Positions 14,492 through 27,788 of a stretch of 64,000 nt of DNA are shown one piece after another. The stretch spans positions 1 to 64,000 of the forward strand of contig NW_021835957.1 in the NCBI RefSeq assembly GCF_006345805.1, in the 5' to 3' direction. Every line of letters begins with the position of its first letter. Position 1 is the stretch's first letter. Under the pieces are notes generated by a model. That model searched no databases. It worked only from the letters and a program-made list of their open reading frames with translations, and was not told where the DNA came from. The position numbers and the translations under genes were made by a program. The DNA comes from Octopus sinensis. Taxonomy: Eukaryota.

Positions 14492-15159
14492 CGTGAAGTC
14501 CTTGAGTTTTGTTGAGAGGGCCAAATGAAAACCCTCCCTTGTAATTAAGACAGTAACAACAGGCTTTCTATCAGCCCTCAAAGATTGATTAAATCACACA
14601 CGGTGTATGCTGTTTATAATATTTATAATCTATGATGATATTTGAATATATAATTATATATATATATATACATATAATAAGGAAGAAACCGAGTTAAACG
14701 GTTTGCCAAAAAGAATTACTGGAATATTATAGAAGCGATGTTGTAGATGAAAAGACAACTATGAAATATTGTTATTTAGACATTTAGGTATCCGAGCAGA
14801 AGGTTTAATTTCTTGGACTCACGACATAACGGTTAGATAGATGGTCTCTTCAAATCATGTCTGGTCTCAAAATAAGAAAACAGAAGAACTGGTGGAGTCG
14901 TTAATGTTGGTTTTTGGTAGGAAAAATACTCCTGGAACGATTCCAGCAGTAATATATTTCACTGTTTTTTGTCTCTCTCCCAGATGATGAAAGAAAATAC
15001 AGCAATTTGTAATCCAGACTGGAAGTTTTCTGCGAGGAAAGCAGACAGAAGATGAGGGGGAAAAAATAGAGATAAAAGGTTTCTAGGACAAAATTTTAAA
15101 ATTCAAACAGGCGAACGAATTAGAACGATAGCAGCGTTGGCAGCTGTGGTCACCACTGA

Positions 15160-15200
15160 TGCTTCTGCGCATGGCATGACATGTAGTACTTCCGGTAGGA
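15160..15200 (-). promoter_or_regulatory. Putative housekeeping-type promoter of the nudE gene
   Basis: ACCGGAAGT (ETS/GABP consensus; plus-strand ACTTCCGGT at 15188-15196) and TGCGCATG (NRF1-like, 15166-15173), about 700 bp upstream of the ATG in a locally GC-richer, repeat-free patch. Confidence 0.5.
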
Positions 15201-15384
15201 AAACCTAACTCATGTTACTTTTATTTCTTTTCTCACCCACCTTCTCTTGTTTGCTGAAAGTTATTTTCTAAAATTAGATTTGTATATTACATAAATATAT
15301 ATATATATATATATATGCCTTGTGAGTGGATTTGGTAGACGGAAACTGTAAGGAGCCTGTCATATATATGTATATATATATATT

Positions 15385-15773
15385 CTCTCTCTCTTTTACT
15401 TGTTTCAGTCATTTGACTGCGGCCATGCTGGAGCACCGCCTTTAATCGAGCAACTCGACCCCGGGACTTATTCTTTGTAAGCCCAGTACTTATTCTATCG
15501 GTCTCTTTTGCCGATAGTGACGGGGACGTAAACACACCAGCATCGGTTGTCAAGCAATGCTAGGGGGACAAACACACAAACATACACACACACACTTATA
15601 TATATATATATATACATATATACGACAGGCTTCTTTCAGTTTCCGTCTACCAAATCCACTCACAAGGCATTGGTCGCCCAGGGCTATAGCAGAAGACACT
15701 TGCCCAAGATGCCACGCAGTGAGACTGAACCCGGAACCATGTGGTTGGTTAGCAAGCTACTTACCACACAGCC
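15385..15773 (-). mobile_element. SINE family A, near full length, minus strand
   Basis: Reverse complement of the 17730 copy over the whole length. Confidence 0.9.
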
Positions 15774-15793
15774 ATATATATATATATATTATA

Positions 15794-15835
<42 letters not shown>

Positions 15836-15842
15836 GTGTGTA

Positions 15843-16057
15843 TATATTTGTGTGTCTGTGTTGTCCCCCAAGCATTGCTTGACAACCGATGCTGGTGTGT
15901 TTACGTCCCCGTCACTTAGCGGTTCGGCAAATGGTCCGATAGAATAAGTACTGGGCTTACAAAGAATAAGTCCCAGAGTCGATTTGCTCGACTAAAGGCG
16001 GTGCTCCAGCATGGCTGCAGTCAAATGACTGAAACAAGTAAAAGAGTAAAAGAGAGT
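15843..16057 (+). mobile_element. SINE family A 3' half, inverted relative to 15385-15773
   Basis: GCTTGACAACCGATGCTGGTGTGTTTACGTCCCCGTCAC...GACTGAAACAAGTAAAAGAG. Confidence 0.9.
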
Positions 16058-16222
16058 ATCTATACACACACCCACACACACATACATATAATATTATTTA
16101 TTTACCCATTTCTTAAGCCTCGTTTTTACTACATTTTTGTTTAGTTTTGTAGAATGAAATACCAATAAGTGTAAAAATTTCAGATGTAAAATTATACATA
16201 AATATTTTAGATAGAAAAATAT

Positions 16223-16265
<43 letters not shown>

Positions 16266-17729
16266 TCACTGGTTTCATTTTTTACCATTTTTCTATAGTT
16301 TTAGTTTGCTTTTGTACATTTGCACCATACACACATACACACACGTGTAGATCCTCGCATTTGTATACACATATCATAATCATCATTTTATATCTGTTTT
16401 CCATGTTCCATGCTATCATGGGTTGGACACTATAATCGGGTCCAACAAGCCAAAGGAATGCATGGCGCTCCAATGTTTACTTTAACATAGTTTCTACAAC
16501 TTGATGCTCTTCCTAGTGCCAACTACTTTACAGCATGCACAGTGTGCTTTTGTTTTCTTTTCATCCCTCTAGTGAGGTTACCAAGTAACTTACAATACAA
16601 GTTTCCTTGGTAGAGTGGGAGTGTAAAAATATAAAAATAAAAAAAAAACAGACTATACACACATATATCAAAAGCTAACTCATCATTTAGGCTCCGACTG
16701 AGCTGGCACATGATCAAAACCATTCCAGACATGACCATTTCATCTTTATTCAAGCATGACTATCAAAGACTACATTATGTTTCCTCTGCTGTTTCTTTTT
16801 TTAAGACACTAAACTGTGACATGGCTGCCTTTTCTAGCTGGTCAAGCAGACACCTAGAGATTTCCATAATGATTTTCCAATAACCATATGAATTCTTGTT
16901 AGCTGATATTTCTACAAAGTTGTATTGTACATTTTTTTTTTTTTTTTACTTCATCCACCAATCCGATCGTGGCTGTTGCCAGCCTCGCCTGGCACGTAAA
17001 GAGCACCCACTACACTCACGGAGTGGTTGGCATTAGGAAGGGCATCCAGCTGTAGAAACACTGCCAGATCAGACTGGAGTCTGGTGCAGCCTTTCCGGCT
17101 TCCCAGATCCTAGGTCGAACCGTCCAACCCATGCTAGCATGGAGAACGGACGTTAAATGATGATGATGATGATGATGATGTGGCTTTGTGTTGGGTGTTA
17201 AGAGGCTAAAGTACGACAGAGACACAGCAACAAATGTCTTATTGTAGGGCTACCCTAGCAGGAAAGGGAGAAAGAATGATGGAGATGATGTGTCAAGGCA
17301 TACCTTCAAGGTACAAGGTGGTGGATAAAGAGAGAATAGGGACAGAGAAGCAAGGATGGGTAGGTTCCTGAGAGCAGGAAAGGAGAGTGACAGATGAATG
17401 GAAATGGCTGTAGAGGTGAATACAGTAATTGGTGAACATGGACAGGGATATGGTCAATGGTGAACTTCAGTTTGGTGGGGAAGGTAAAGGGGAAAAAAAT
17501 TGGAGTGAGTCAGAGAAAGGGAATGATATTTGACAGTATGTAAAAGGGAGAGAAGGTGAAAAGCAATGGTATTACGAAACTAGAAACATATGAGAAATAG
17601 AGAGATGATTTTCAAGTTTGAAGGAGAGAGAAGGGTTTACAGTGAAGGGACAGAGGTTAGAGGTACATGGGGGTAAACATAAGGGGTGACAAAGATAAGT
17701 GGAGAAAACTATCAATGGCAGATTTGAGA

Positions 17730-18167
17730 GGCGCAGGAGTGGCTGTGTAGTAAGTAGCTTGCTTACCAACCACATGGTTCTGGGTTCAGTCCCACTGCAT
17801 GGCACCTTGGGTAAGTGTCTTCTACTTTAGCCTCAGACTGACCAAAGCCTTGTGAGTGGATTTGGTAGATGGAAACTGAAAGAAGCCCGTCGTATATATG
17901 TATGTATATATATATATGTATGTATGTGTGTGTATATGTTTGTGTGTATATGTTTGTGTGTCTGTTTGTCCCCCTGACATCGCTTGACAACCAATGCTGG
18001 TGTGTTTACGTCCCTGTAACTTAGCGGTGCAGCAAAAAGAGACCGATAGAATAAGTACTAGGCTTACAAAGAATAAGTCCCGGGGCTGATTTGCTCGACT
18101 AAAGGTGGTGCTCCAGCATGGCTGCAGTCAAATGATTGAAACAAGTAAAAGAGTAACAGAGTAACAG
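17730..18167 (+). mobile_element. Full-length tRNA-derived SINE family A (~440 bp)
   Basis: tRNA-like head GGCGCAGGAGTGGCTGTGTAGTAAG...GGGTTCAGTCCC (A/B-box-like), internal (TA)/(TG) tract and (GTAAAAGA)n-type tail. More than 10 copies in the window. Confidence 0.9.
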
Positions 18168-18324
18168 AAAGGGATGTTCAGTGGAAAATAAATTCATAAG
18201 GGACAATGTTAAAATGCATGATGGGTGACAAGAGAAGTGATTCCAAGGAGACCTTTAACTAGTAACACAAAACGATGATGGAGTGAAAGATGTGCAGTTC
18301 TGCTCTCGTAAATTACAGCATAAT

Positions 18325-18635
18325 GGGACTGCAGTATTCGTCCCATGATCACGAAATCGTGAGTTCAATTCCCAGCAATGCATTGTGTCCTTGAGCAAGA
18401 CTCCTTTATTTCACATTGCTCCAGTCCACTTAGCTGGCAAAAATGAATAGTAACTGTATTTCAAAGTGGCATTCTTGTCACATTCTGTGTCATGCTGAAT
18501 CTCCACGAGAACTATGTTAAGGGCACATGTGTCTGTGGAGTGCTCAGCCACAAGCATGTTAATTTCATGAGCAGGCTGTTCCATCAATAAGATCAACTGG
18601 AACCCTTGTCATCATAACTGACAGAGTGCCAGTTT
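18325..18635 (+). mobile_element. tRNA-derived SINE with CORE/V-like central motif (family D)
   Basis: GAGTTCAATTCC B-box followed by TGTGTCCTTGAGCAAGAC...TTTATTTCACATTGCTCCAGT. The same central motif is seen at ~46040-46100 (-) and ~46670-46730 (+). Confidence 0.6.
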
Positions 18636-19168
18636 TAATGGGGCTGCATTATGTTCCCACTCCTATGAATAAACAATGAAGGGCCGATGGATGATGTGAA
18701 AGGACTCCAAGAAATTGTAGGGAAAGAGAAAGTGCAGACAGAACAGGAGATGGACTTTGACTATATGGAACATGCAAGTGATAATCTGTTAAAGTCCAAA
18801 TTTAGAATCTATGGACAACTAAACTTTAACTACTAAGTCATGAGCACTTTTTTATTCACCAACACTTGGGTCACTCATGGACAGACACCCCTCTTTGCAA
18901 CACCTTATTGTATGCATGAATAGGCCAGTGAGAAAATAAAGAAAGGGTCTTCATCATCACCATCGTCACCATTATCTTTAAAGCATTGGAAAAAGTAACT
19001 TGCAGCATTTGCTCAAGCTGTTTATGTTCTGACTTCAAATGCTGCTGAAGTTAACATTACCATTCATCCCTCTGAGATTAATGAAATAAGTACCAGTCAA
19101 GTATCGACTAATAATATTCCATAAAATCTGTAGACCAAATACCTCAATTATGGACAATTATTAAAGGC

Positions 19169-19543
19169 AACAAGAGCACTCAGAGAGAGAAGATTTCTGC
19201 CAAGGCAACACCAACGTCATCTCAATGATTAGCCAGAGATGATTTTTTATTGAGAATATCCGAAATAAACTTGACTATTCTCACAAACGAGAATACTAAA
19301 AATGAACCCAACCGCTCTCAAAAATTAAGTAAAAAAAAACAGAAAAATAATACAGAATCCTTGTCCAGTACCAGATCGATCCCAAAATCTAATAAGTTCA
19401 TGCCAGTCATGAGACCAAACATCCCTGAAAGCTTCATCTGAATCCATTTAGCAGTTCTTGAGATATCTTGTTCAAGGACAAAGAAAGAAACAAACAAACG
19501 TGACTAAAACAATACCTCTGCCTTCGCTAAGACAGAGGTAATA
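19169..19543. mobile_element. Non-autonomous Helentron-type (HINE-like) element nested in the head of a family C SINE
   Basis: One end is AACAAGAGCACTCAGAGAG...TCTGCCAAGG and the other is the hairpin TACCTCTGCCTTCGCTAAGACAGAGGTA. The flanks read AAAGGC | GCTGGCAGAATC, i.e. an interrupted SINE head. The class is assigned from recalled HINE end structure. Confidence 0.5.
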
Positions 19544-20338
19544 AGCTGGCAGAATCATTACAGCATTGGATAAAAATGCCTTGAGTTATTTGTTCCATCT
19601 CTTTACATCCTGATTTCAAATCTTGCTGAGGTCAACTTTGCTTTTCATCCTTTCAGGGTTGATAAATTAAGTACCAGTGAAATACTGGGGTCGATGTAAT
19701 CGACTAGTCCTCTCCCCCTAAATTTCCGCCTTGTGCCTAAAGTAGAAGGATTATTGTTACTATTATTATTATTATTGAGTGAGAAAGCAACACATGCCAT
19801 CAAAGTGACACTGGGGTACAAATATACAAAGTCCAATATACTCATCATGACTACCCATCTGATAAGGGAACATGAGGCACATGCATTACAACCATATGTG
19901 CACAACATGGTGATCTCATATCAAGATAAATAGCACAATGACCTTGCAGGTGGGGCACAGTTAGAATTTTCTTCAAGTTGAGAAGCTGATCCTGCTCAAA
20001 AAGTCCCTGAATAAGGGTTGTTTAAGGATGATGAAACACCCATATTTCCAGGAGTGAATTGGTCAAACCCCAAAGAATCCTTCTCACACATGGCTGTGAT
20101 GCTCTTCCACTGCTCCTGCTCGTGATCAGAGATGCACATATCATCAGCCACTAAGGGACATGCTCAACTGGTTAAGGTCAAACAACTGACAAGGAAATCT
20201 ATTGTAGAGAGCAGAATATTTGCTATGGCCTATCTTTTATACACCAGGACAAAACAGGCACATGATAACACTTCCAATAATTGTCATTACAACTACTACT
20301 ACTACTACTACTACTATTATCATTACTATTATCATTAC

Positions 20339-20383
<45 letters not shown>

Positions 20384-20755
20384 GGTGGCGAGCTGGCAGA
20401 ATCATTAGTATGCAGTATTTCCCCTGTCACTACGTTCTGAGTTCAAATTCCACCAAAGTCGACTTTGTCTTTCATCCTTTCAGGGTCGATGAAATAAGTA
20501 AGAGTTATATACTGGCATCAATATAATCAATCAGCCCCACCACCCCAAAAAAGTCAGGGTAACCATGGTCTTTTTTTTTATGGGGTTTTTTCCATGAGCA
20601 GCCCTCAAACGTCTCCACCCTATTGAGGATCACACATTGTTGATTTTTAAAAAGTCTTCTTAGTCTTGTTTACACGCAAAACCCTCACAACGTACACTCA
20701 CACACATACACATACATTCTTTGTTTTGTCCTGTACCATCCATAATGTTTTTCTT

Positions 20756-20766
20756 AATGTAAAACC

Positions 20767-20804
<38 letters not shown>

Positions 20805-20871
20805 TACTATTATTATTATTTTTTTTTATTATTATTATTATATACGTAAATACCTTTTTTAATGTAAAACC

Positions 20872-20912
<41 letters not shown>

Positions 20913-21075
20913 TGCTATTATTATTATTATTATTATTATCATTATTATTATATACATAAATACGTTGTTTAATGTAAAACCTTTATTATTATTATTATTA
21001 TTATTGTTGTTGTTGTTGTTGTTGTAGTTGTTATTGTTGTTGTTGTTGTTGTTGTTATATACGTAAATACCTTGT
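20756..21075. repeat. Compound minisatellite, 3 units of ~105-110 bp with internal (TTA)n/(TTG)n
   Basis: AATGTAAAACCTTTATTATT starts at 20756, 20861 and 20971; each unit ends TATAC(G/A)TAAATAC. Confidence 0.85.
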
Positions 21076-21352
21076 TTCATGAAACTTATGCTTAATGTTA
21101 ATATGACTGCTGATGACTCGAGTTATTTATTTAGAATTTAGGAAATGACACATGAATGCAGTTAACGGGTGCTCATCAGATATCAACATGTGGTTCAACA
21201 ATATTTATAGAAAAAGAGAGTTTCTGATTTGAAAGTGTGACTGCGTTTGTGTGCACACACCCATACATATATACATAATTACATACATACATGCATATCC
21301 ATAGACACACAGATACACATGCACACATACATACATACATACATACATACAT

Positions 21353-21385
<33 letters not shown>

Positions 21386-21751
21386 TAGACAGACAGACAG
21401 ATCTAGTCCATCACTGGAACTGTAGGAATCTGTAAAACTTTCCAGAAGTTTATCATTTAAATATATATGAGCATGTCTAGATATGCAACTATATGCATGA
21501 GAATACATACATAAAACATACAACTCTGCCCATACATACATACAAAAATACACTGTTGTTGATGTTGAAATTCCAATGATGTAGCCTTGGATCTAGGTTA
21601 GAAACTGGTTCTTCCTCTATTGGCAAGAAATCTTGAAATAAACTGAATAATGATATACGTACATACAGGATGCACCAGCTGAAGGAATACAAAAACACCA
21701 AAAGGGAAGGACAATATATCCCCTAATAAAACACATTCATTCAACTAAATA

Positions 21752-22171
21752 GGCATAGGAGTGGCTATGTGGTAAGTAGCTTGCTTACGAACCTCATGGT
21801 TCTGGGTTCAGTCCCACAGCATGGCACCTTGGGCAAGTGTCTTCTACTATAGCCTCAGGCTGACCAATGCCTTGTGAGTGGATTTGATAGATGGTAACTG
21901 AAAGAAGCCCGTCGTATATATGTATATATATATACACAAGTATGTATGTGTTTGTGTGTCTGTGTTTGCCCCCCCCCCCCCCCCGCCAACATCACTTGAC
22001 AACCGATGCTGGTGTGTTTACATCCCTGTAACTTAGCGGTTTGGTAAAAGAGACCGATAGAATAAGTACTAAGCTTGCAAAGAATAAGTCCTGGGGTCAG
22101 TTTACTTCAATAAAGGCGGTGCTCCAGCATGTCCACAGTCAAATGACGGAAACAAGTAAAAGAGTAAAAAA
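21752..22171 (+). mobile_element. Full-length SINE family A
   Basis: Colinear with 17730-18167. Confidence 0.9.
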
Positions 22172-22989
22172 GATTATACATACATACATGGTGGTTGCCC
22201 CACCCCTTGTTATCGAGTATGGCCATTGCGCGAAGCTTAATCAATGTTGTTATGCAATGCCTGTGCAACAGCAGCCACAATCCGAAAAGAAGAACAAGTC
22301 AACATCATCGGTAACCACTGAGCCGCAGTTTATGTCAGAGTTATCCCAGTTACCTGAGTTACCTTCTCCTAGAAGGATGCCCTAACAAAGGCTAGGAGTC
22401 CTTCACTCCCAATGGTTTAACTGCGAGATCAGGTATTCAGTCCGATTATTTCTATGTCCCCGCGCATGATACAGCCTTAAGACATTTATTGGGTGGCCCT
22501 TGCCTCTCAAGAGTTCCTCCGCCCTTTGACGGGTTTTGTTTTTCATCCCGCAGGGTGTCCAACAAACACCCTCCTCACCAAGCAAGCTTGGTGGGGTTGC
22601 TGGTTTAGTCACTGATGAGGGAACTTCCGGCAGGCCTCCCGGAAGAATCCAGCTCTGCACATAGGCACTGAAGACTTCCAAATTGGCGTCACTACACATT
22701 CATACATACACACATAGTCACATGCATACGAGTTGTCTCACACGTACAAATTCTTCTGTGCAGACTCACACTTTATATTAGTCTTACACACAAGGCCATT
22801 AAATTGTTTGGACCTCAGTCAGGAGAGCGGCCTGAAGCTCAGGGAGCCAAGGGAGGATTCGTGTTGATTTCTTGATCCCTTCCTAAAAAAGTAAAAGTTC
22901 TTGAATTTTGAAAGGAATCCCAACCTCCTGCCGTCTGAAAGCAATCTTGGTCTGCGATGCGAAATTTATTTTGAGGTCTTGTTTACACG

Positions 22990-22991
22990 CT

Positions 22992-23027
<36 letters not shown>

Positions 23028-23310
23028 GCCAGCATATGCGCACAAAAACAGACACGCACACCACACACACAAATACACATGCACACACAACAGCACATAA
23101 ACACGCACCGACACACACAAATACACACACGGATGCATATACATGTTTAAACACAGACACACACGCATACACATATACAAACACATACACACGCACACGT
23201 GTACACATACACAAACACACACACACACATACAAACACATATACATACAAGCTCAAACATTCACACGCCTACATGCAAACACACACATACTTACACACAC
23301 ACACACACAA
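22990..23310. repeat. Degenerate (CA)n-rich microsatellite
   Basis: Direct reading. It is the source of several spurious HT/CV ORFs. Confidence 0.9.
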
Positions 23311-23819
23311 ATAGTCTGTTGCCCATCTTCACCGCAACCACCACCAACAATAGCAACACATCAAACCAGTCACACGCTAATCTCAGTTAATCCACCTGCC
23401 TTCTCATCCACCGTGTCTCAACATGGTTGGTAACAAGGAATATCATACTTTGTAAATCTTTGTTGAAAGATATTTAAGAGATTTTCTTTACATTCCCTTC
23501 ATGCAAATATTCGTACCATTGCAACGCCATCATCATCATCATCATCATCGACGACAACAACAACATACTGATAATGTCATCGTCGTTGTCGTCGTTACTA
23601 TTGTCGGGGTCAATGTTATTGTTGTTTTTATTCATTAAGTTTAATCAGCAGTTTAATTAATTACTTACAATTAGCGATTTTAAGCATATTCTACAAATTC
23701 ACCGTTTGATATAGATAAGGACCACCGAAGAAGATGTAATTTTGTGTGTGTGTGTGTGTGTATAAGTAGATATGCATTAGTTCTATGTTGCCGTGTGCTT
23801 CTTTTCTGTTCTCCAAGTA

Positions 23820-23856
<37 letters not shown>

Positions 23857-23920
23857 GAGTAAACACATAAATGTGAAACAAGGTGGAAAAAAGAGTACTC
23901 AAATACCAGGGGTAGAGTAA

Positions 23921-24027
23921 TATGCTTTATTTAAAAGCAGCAGAAATTCAACAAAACCTGTTACTCGGAGTTTCACGTGAAACTCTGTGTAACAGGTTTT
24001 GTTGAAATTCTGCTGCTTTTAAATAAA

Positions 24028-24032
<5 letters not shown>
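23921..24032. repeat. Near-perfect ~110-bp hairpin centred on TTTCACGTGAAA
   Basis: CTTTATTTAAAAGCAGCAGAAATTCAACAAAACCTGTTAC...GAGTTTCAC|GTGAAACTC...GTAACAGGTTTTGTTGAAATTCTGCTGCTTTTAAATAAAG. Confidence 0.85.
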
Positions 24033-24061
<29 letters not shown>

Positions 24062-24065
<4 letters not shown>

Positions 24066-25087
24066 ATGAGTAGGTCAATTCGGGAAACAAATGCTATGAC
24101 CTACTTTGCTCGTTGTAGTCTGAAAGTCTGGGATATAAAGTTATTGTCCTTTGTTCTGCCAGATTCACGAAAGAGTAATGACTTTCGGAGAGACCTCTGC
24201 CCTTTTTCCGGTCAAAGGAGGGTCGAGGAAGCTACCCTTTAAAAAGCGACGAGCTGTGAGTTTGGGACAGTTCGGCCGGAGACAGTGAGTTGGTAACAGG
24301 GCAGTTGAGGAGTTCTGCTGAGACAGCAAAAGAGGCCGGAGGAGGCGGTCAGTTGAGAAAGACAGACAGACCATCTGAGGGATGACAGGCGAGAGAATGA
24401 CAGTGAACTGAAAGAGGAAAACAGGCAGATGGGATTACAGCGTGAGGCGGCGACGGCGTGGAGGAAGACAGACAGATAGTATTACGGAGCTAGGAGAGAG
24501 GGACTACGGTGTAAGGCATTGGCTGTTGTACGGTATGTGTTTACTTATGTTCAGATATGTGAAAAAAAAGGAAAAAGAAATGTAAAAGAATTGATGAAAA
24601 AAGAGAAAGAAGGAAAAAGAGATTATAAAGAACATTGTGAATTGTGTTGATACGTGTTGAAAAAGAAAAGAGAAGGACTTTAATGTGATTTGAACATTGG
24701 ACTGTATCGTGAACATTAATTGATCTGAAATGTATTGAACTGTATCTGCATGTTTAAATGCTTTGATTTGTTGTTTTCTTTAATGTATACCTGATGTATT
24801 TTTGATTTATTTGATGTTGTAATAATTGTATAAACTGTTGTTAAATGTAAGCCAAATTGCCTTCCACCGTCTCTCTCTGTATCTCTTCCTCCTGTTGTTG
24901 TTGTTGGTATCTCCGATCGCCGGTTGCCGTGTTTGCTGCCGCTTTCCCCCCACCGAGTTCTCTCCCTCTCTTAGTTCCGTGGCGAACTCTCCGATCGATC
25001 GGGCCGGTAAATCGTCGTCGCTCGACTTGGTAGGGTCCCGGGTTTTTCCCGAAGAGTTTGAGCGACGGCAGGTGGGATTCCGTAACA
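24062..25087 (-). mobile_element. Solo LTR (Gypsy-like), 1026 bp, inserted in a (TA)n tract
   Basis: Termini TGTTA...TAACA (TG...CA inverted ends), ATAT on both sides, AATAAA on the minus strand at ~24806, and no internal pol sequence. Confidence 0.75.
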
Positions 25088-25695
25088 ATATATATATATA
25101 TTACGGAGATGTACTTGCATAGCAAGTGATTTGATCTGAGATCGTGTGCTGAAACGAAAACAATTGCAGCGTGGAAGGTGTTTGTAAGCTATTCAAGAAA
25201 CACACAAAAGCCGTTCGATTCACTACAACATTTAAGTTTAATTTGTCATTTGTGTTTGTGTGTTGTGTTTGTCCCCCCCCCCCACACACACCAACATCGC
25301 TTGACAACCGATGCTGGTGTGTTTACGTCCCCGCAACTTAGCGGTTCGGCAAAAGAATAAGTACTAGGCTTACAAAGAATAAATCCTGGGGTCGATGTGT
25401 CGACTAAAGGCGGTGCTCCAGCATGGCCACATTCAAATGACTGAAACAAGTAAAAGAGTATATATAATATGATATAAATAACATACATACATACATACAT
25501 ACATACATACATACATACATACATACATACATACATACATACGTATGTATACAGGATGTCACCTGTAAACAACATGAAATACAAACGAGTTAAATACGAA
25601 AACAGGACAAGTGACAGAAAGAACAACCCTTCATCAGTTGTCGGCTATCAATTCCTCATTTCGACCATTTAGTGATGATATAAACCTTCGAAGAC

Positions 25696-25757
<62 letters not shown>

Positions 25758-27727
25758 TGATGATGATGATGATGACAACAAAAGAATGAGACGGTTTTTC
25801 ATAGCGTCTGTTGCCATTAATAGCCGACGAGAATGCTTTGTAGCTCTTCGCCCCGACGTTCGAAAAGTGATATAGAGAAATAGTTCTGCTTTTCGGTGGT
25901 AAATTTGCGAATAAACCACCTTTATCATTTATAATTTTCACTTTTACCATTTATGAAATTAGTGTGAGATTCCTACGGTAACTCTTATAAACTAACAAAG
26001 CGAGCTAACTTAACCCTAGGCCGGGTAAGAACCACTGACGATCATTAATAAAAATGCGAAATCACTGGTGATGTGGCTATGCTTCGGATGCTGTCGTGAA
26101 CTTACCTCCCTTGTCAGTCTTAAGATAAGTACTTTATTGTGGTTAAGAGTTGTTTTTGCCTCTTATTTCTAGCAATGCTGGTGCTAACTAGCACTGTTAG
26201 TCACCTTAGTGACGTCTATAGTTCTGCCTTTCGGTTACACACATACTGAGATGTGTGTTCGTATGTATGTGTGCATGCATATATGTGTATACGTAAGCAT
26301 GTATCGCTAAAAATAATGTGTGTCTTTAAAATATCTTAATTTTGTATGCATGTCTGTGTGTATTTGTTATCAGTGAAAATGATATCGCGATAATTTTAAC
26401 AATCTTACTCAATTTATGTTCCCACCCAGTTTGTTTTCAGTTTGGAATTTTCTTCCTCGTAAATTCCATTCCAAGAGCATGAAATGAATCGTCAATCCAG
26501 TAACCGTTTTTTACTTTTATTGGAATTGCTTACATCGCCTTTGCACATCTTTAGGCAATTGTTTTCTACCATAGTCTCGGGTTGACCACATTGTGAATTG
26601 AATGTGGAAAAGGGAAACTGGCCAACAGCACATATGAGTTTTGTATCCATGTTTGTGTTAATGTGTGTGACAACACTGCTGGTTACAAAACGGTAACTTA
26701 GCTGATCCATAATATAATGATCGATGAAATAAGTAAAACAAAATTATTAATGACATAAATAGAATTATTTGATGAATACCGAAGATTTGGTGGTACCATA
26801 CGAGTTTCGTAAAACCAAAGAAGTTGCTAATTTTTTTTACAGAAGAGAATCTAAAATGTAGATCAATAAAATACAGTAAAACCACCATAAACTAGAAACC
26901 TTTTAATAAGTATTAATCTAGCCGGAATTAGAATTATGTAATATCAATGTATGGTATAAAATATGGTATAAAATAAACAACGAAACCACCATAATCAAGA
27001 AACCAAAGGACCCTTTGACAAGTTCAACCCTATGAGAATGAAGGACAACTTAAATCAACGAGAACATAAAATATAAAGATTTATAGACCACAGGAACATA
27101 AAACATAAACTTCCATCATCAGCTTCCAAACAGATATCATTATGGTTTCGACACGTGTAACTGTATAAATACTCTATTACACAATAATGATCAATTTCTT
27201 GATTACAAATATTTATATCCTATTGTGTTGCATAACACAATAAAAGGTACTTTTTATTTTTATTTTTAGTGGTCCGCAAATTTATACTCGTGTATTTTGT
27301 GAACCATATTCTGAAAAGTGTTGCGCTTTATTGATTTAGTGACTTTGCTTTTTATCCCATGTAATCTACAAAATTAAAAGCTATTAACTTTTAATATATG
27401 TCTTTTTAAGCGAATATATGTTCATATGCAAATATAAGAAATCACCTGTTTATTATGACAAACTAGATCGGTAAGAGATGATAGATGGAAAGAAACCTAA
27501 GCAAAATTCTTCCTTAGTATTTAGTATGTATCACATAATTGGATGGCCGTTGACTCTCCTGAATTCATTTTCCATTTCACGGGTCTTGTTATTCATCTTG
27601 TAATAGTGTATGTAAGCTAAGTTCTAAAGTTAGGCGGAGTGATCGCATAAAAAAAGCGCCATGACACATACCAAACAATTTTAACTAATTTCTCTTATGT
27701 CACGCGAAATATTTCAATAGTTATAAC

Positions 27728-27788
27728 ATTAGTGAATGTAGAATAATATTACGTATAACATACGTAATATTATTCTACATTCACTAAT
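27728..27788. repeat. Perfect 29-bp inverted repeat with 3-nt loop
   Basis: ATTAGTGAATGTAGAATAATATTACGTAT-AAC-ATACGTAATATTATTCTACATTCACTAAT. Confidence 0.95.
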
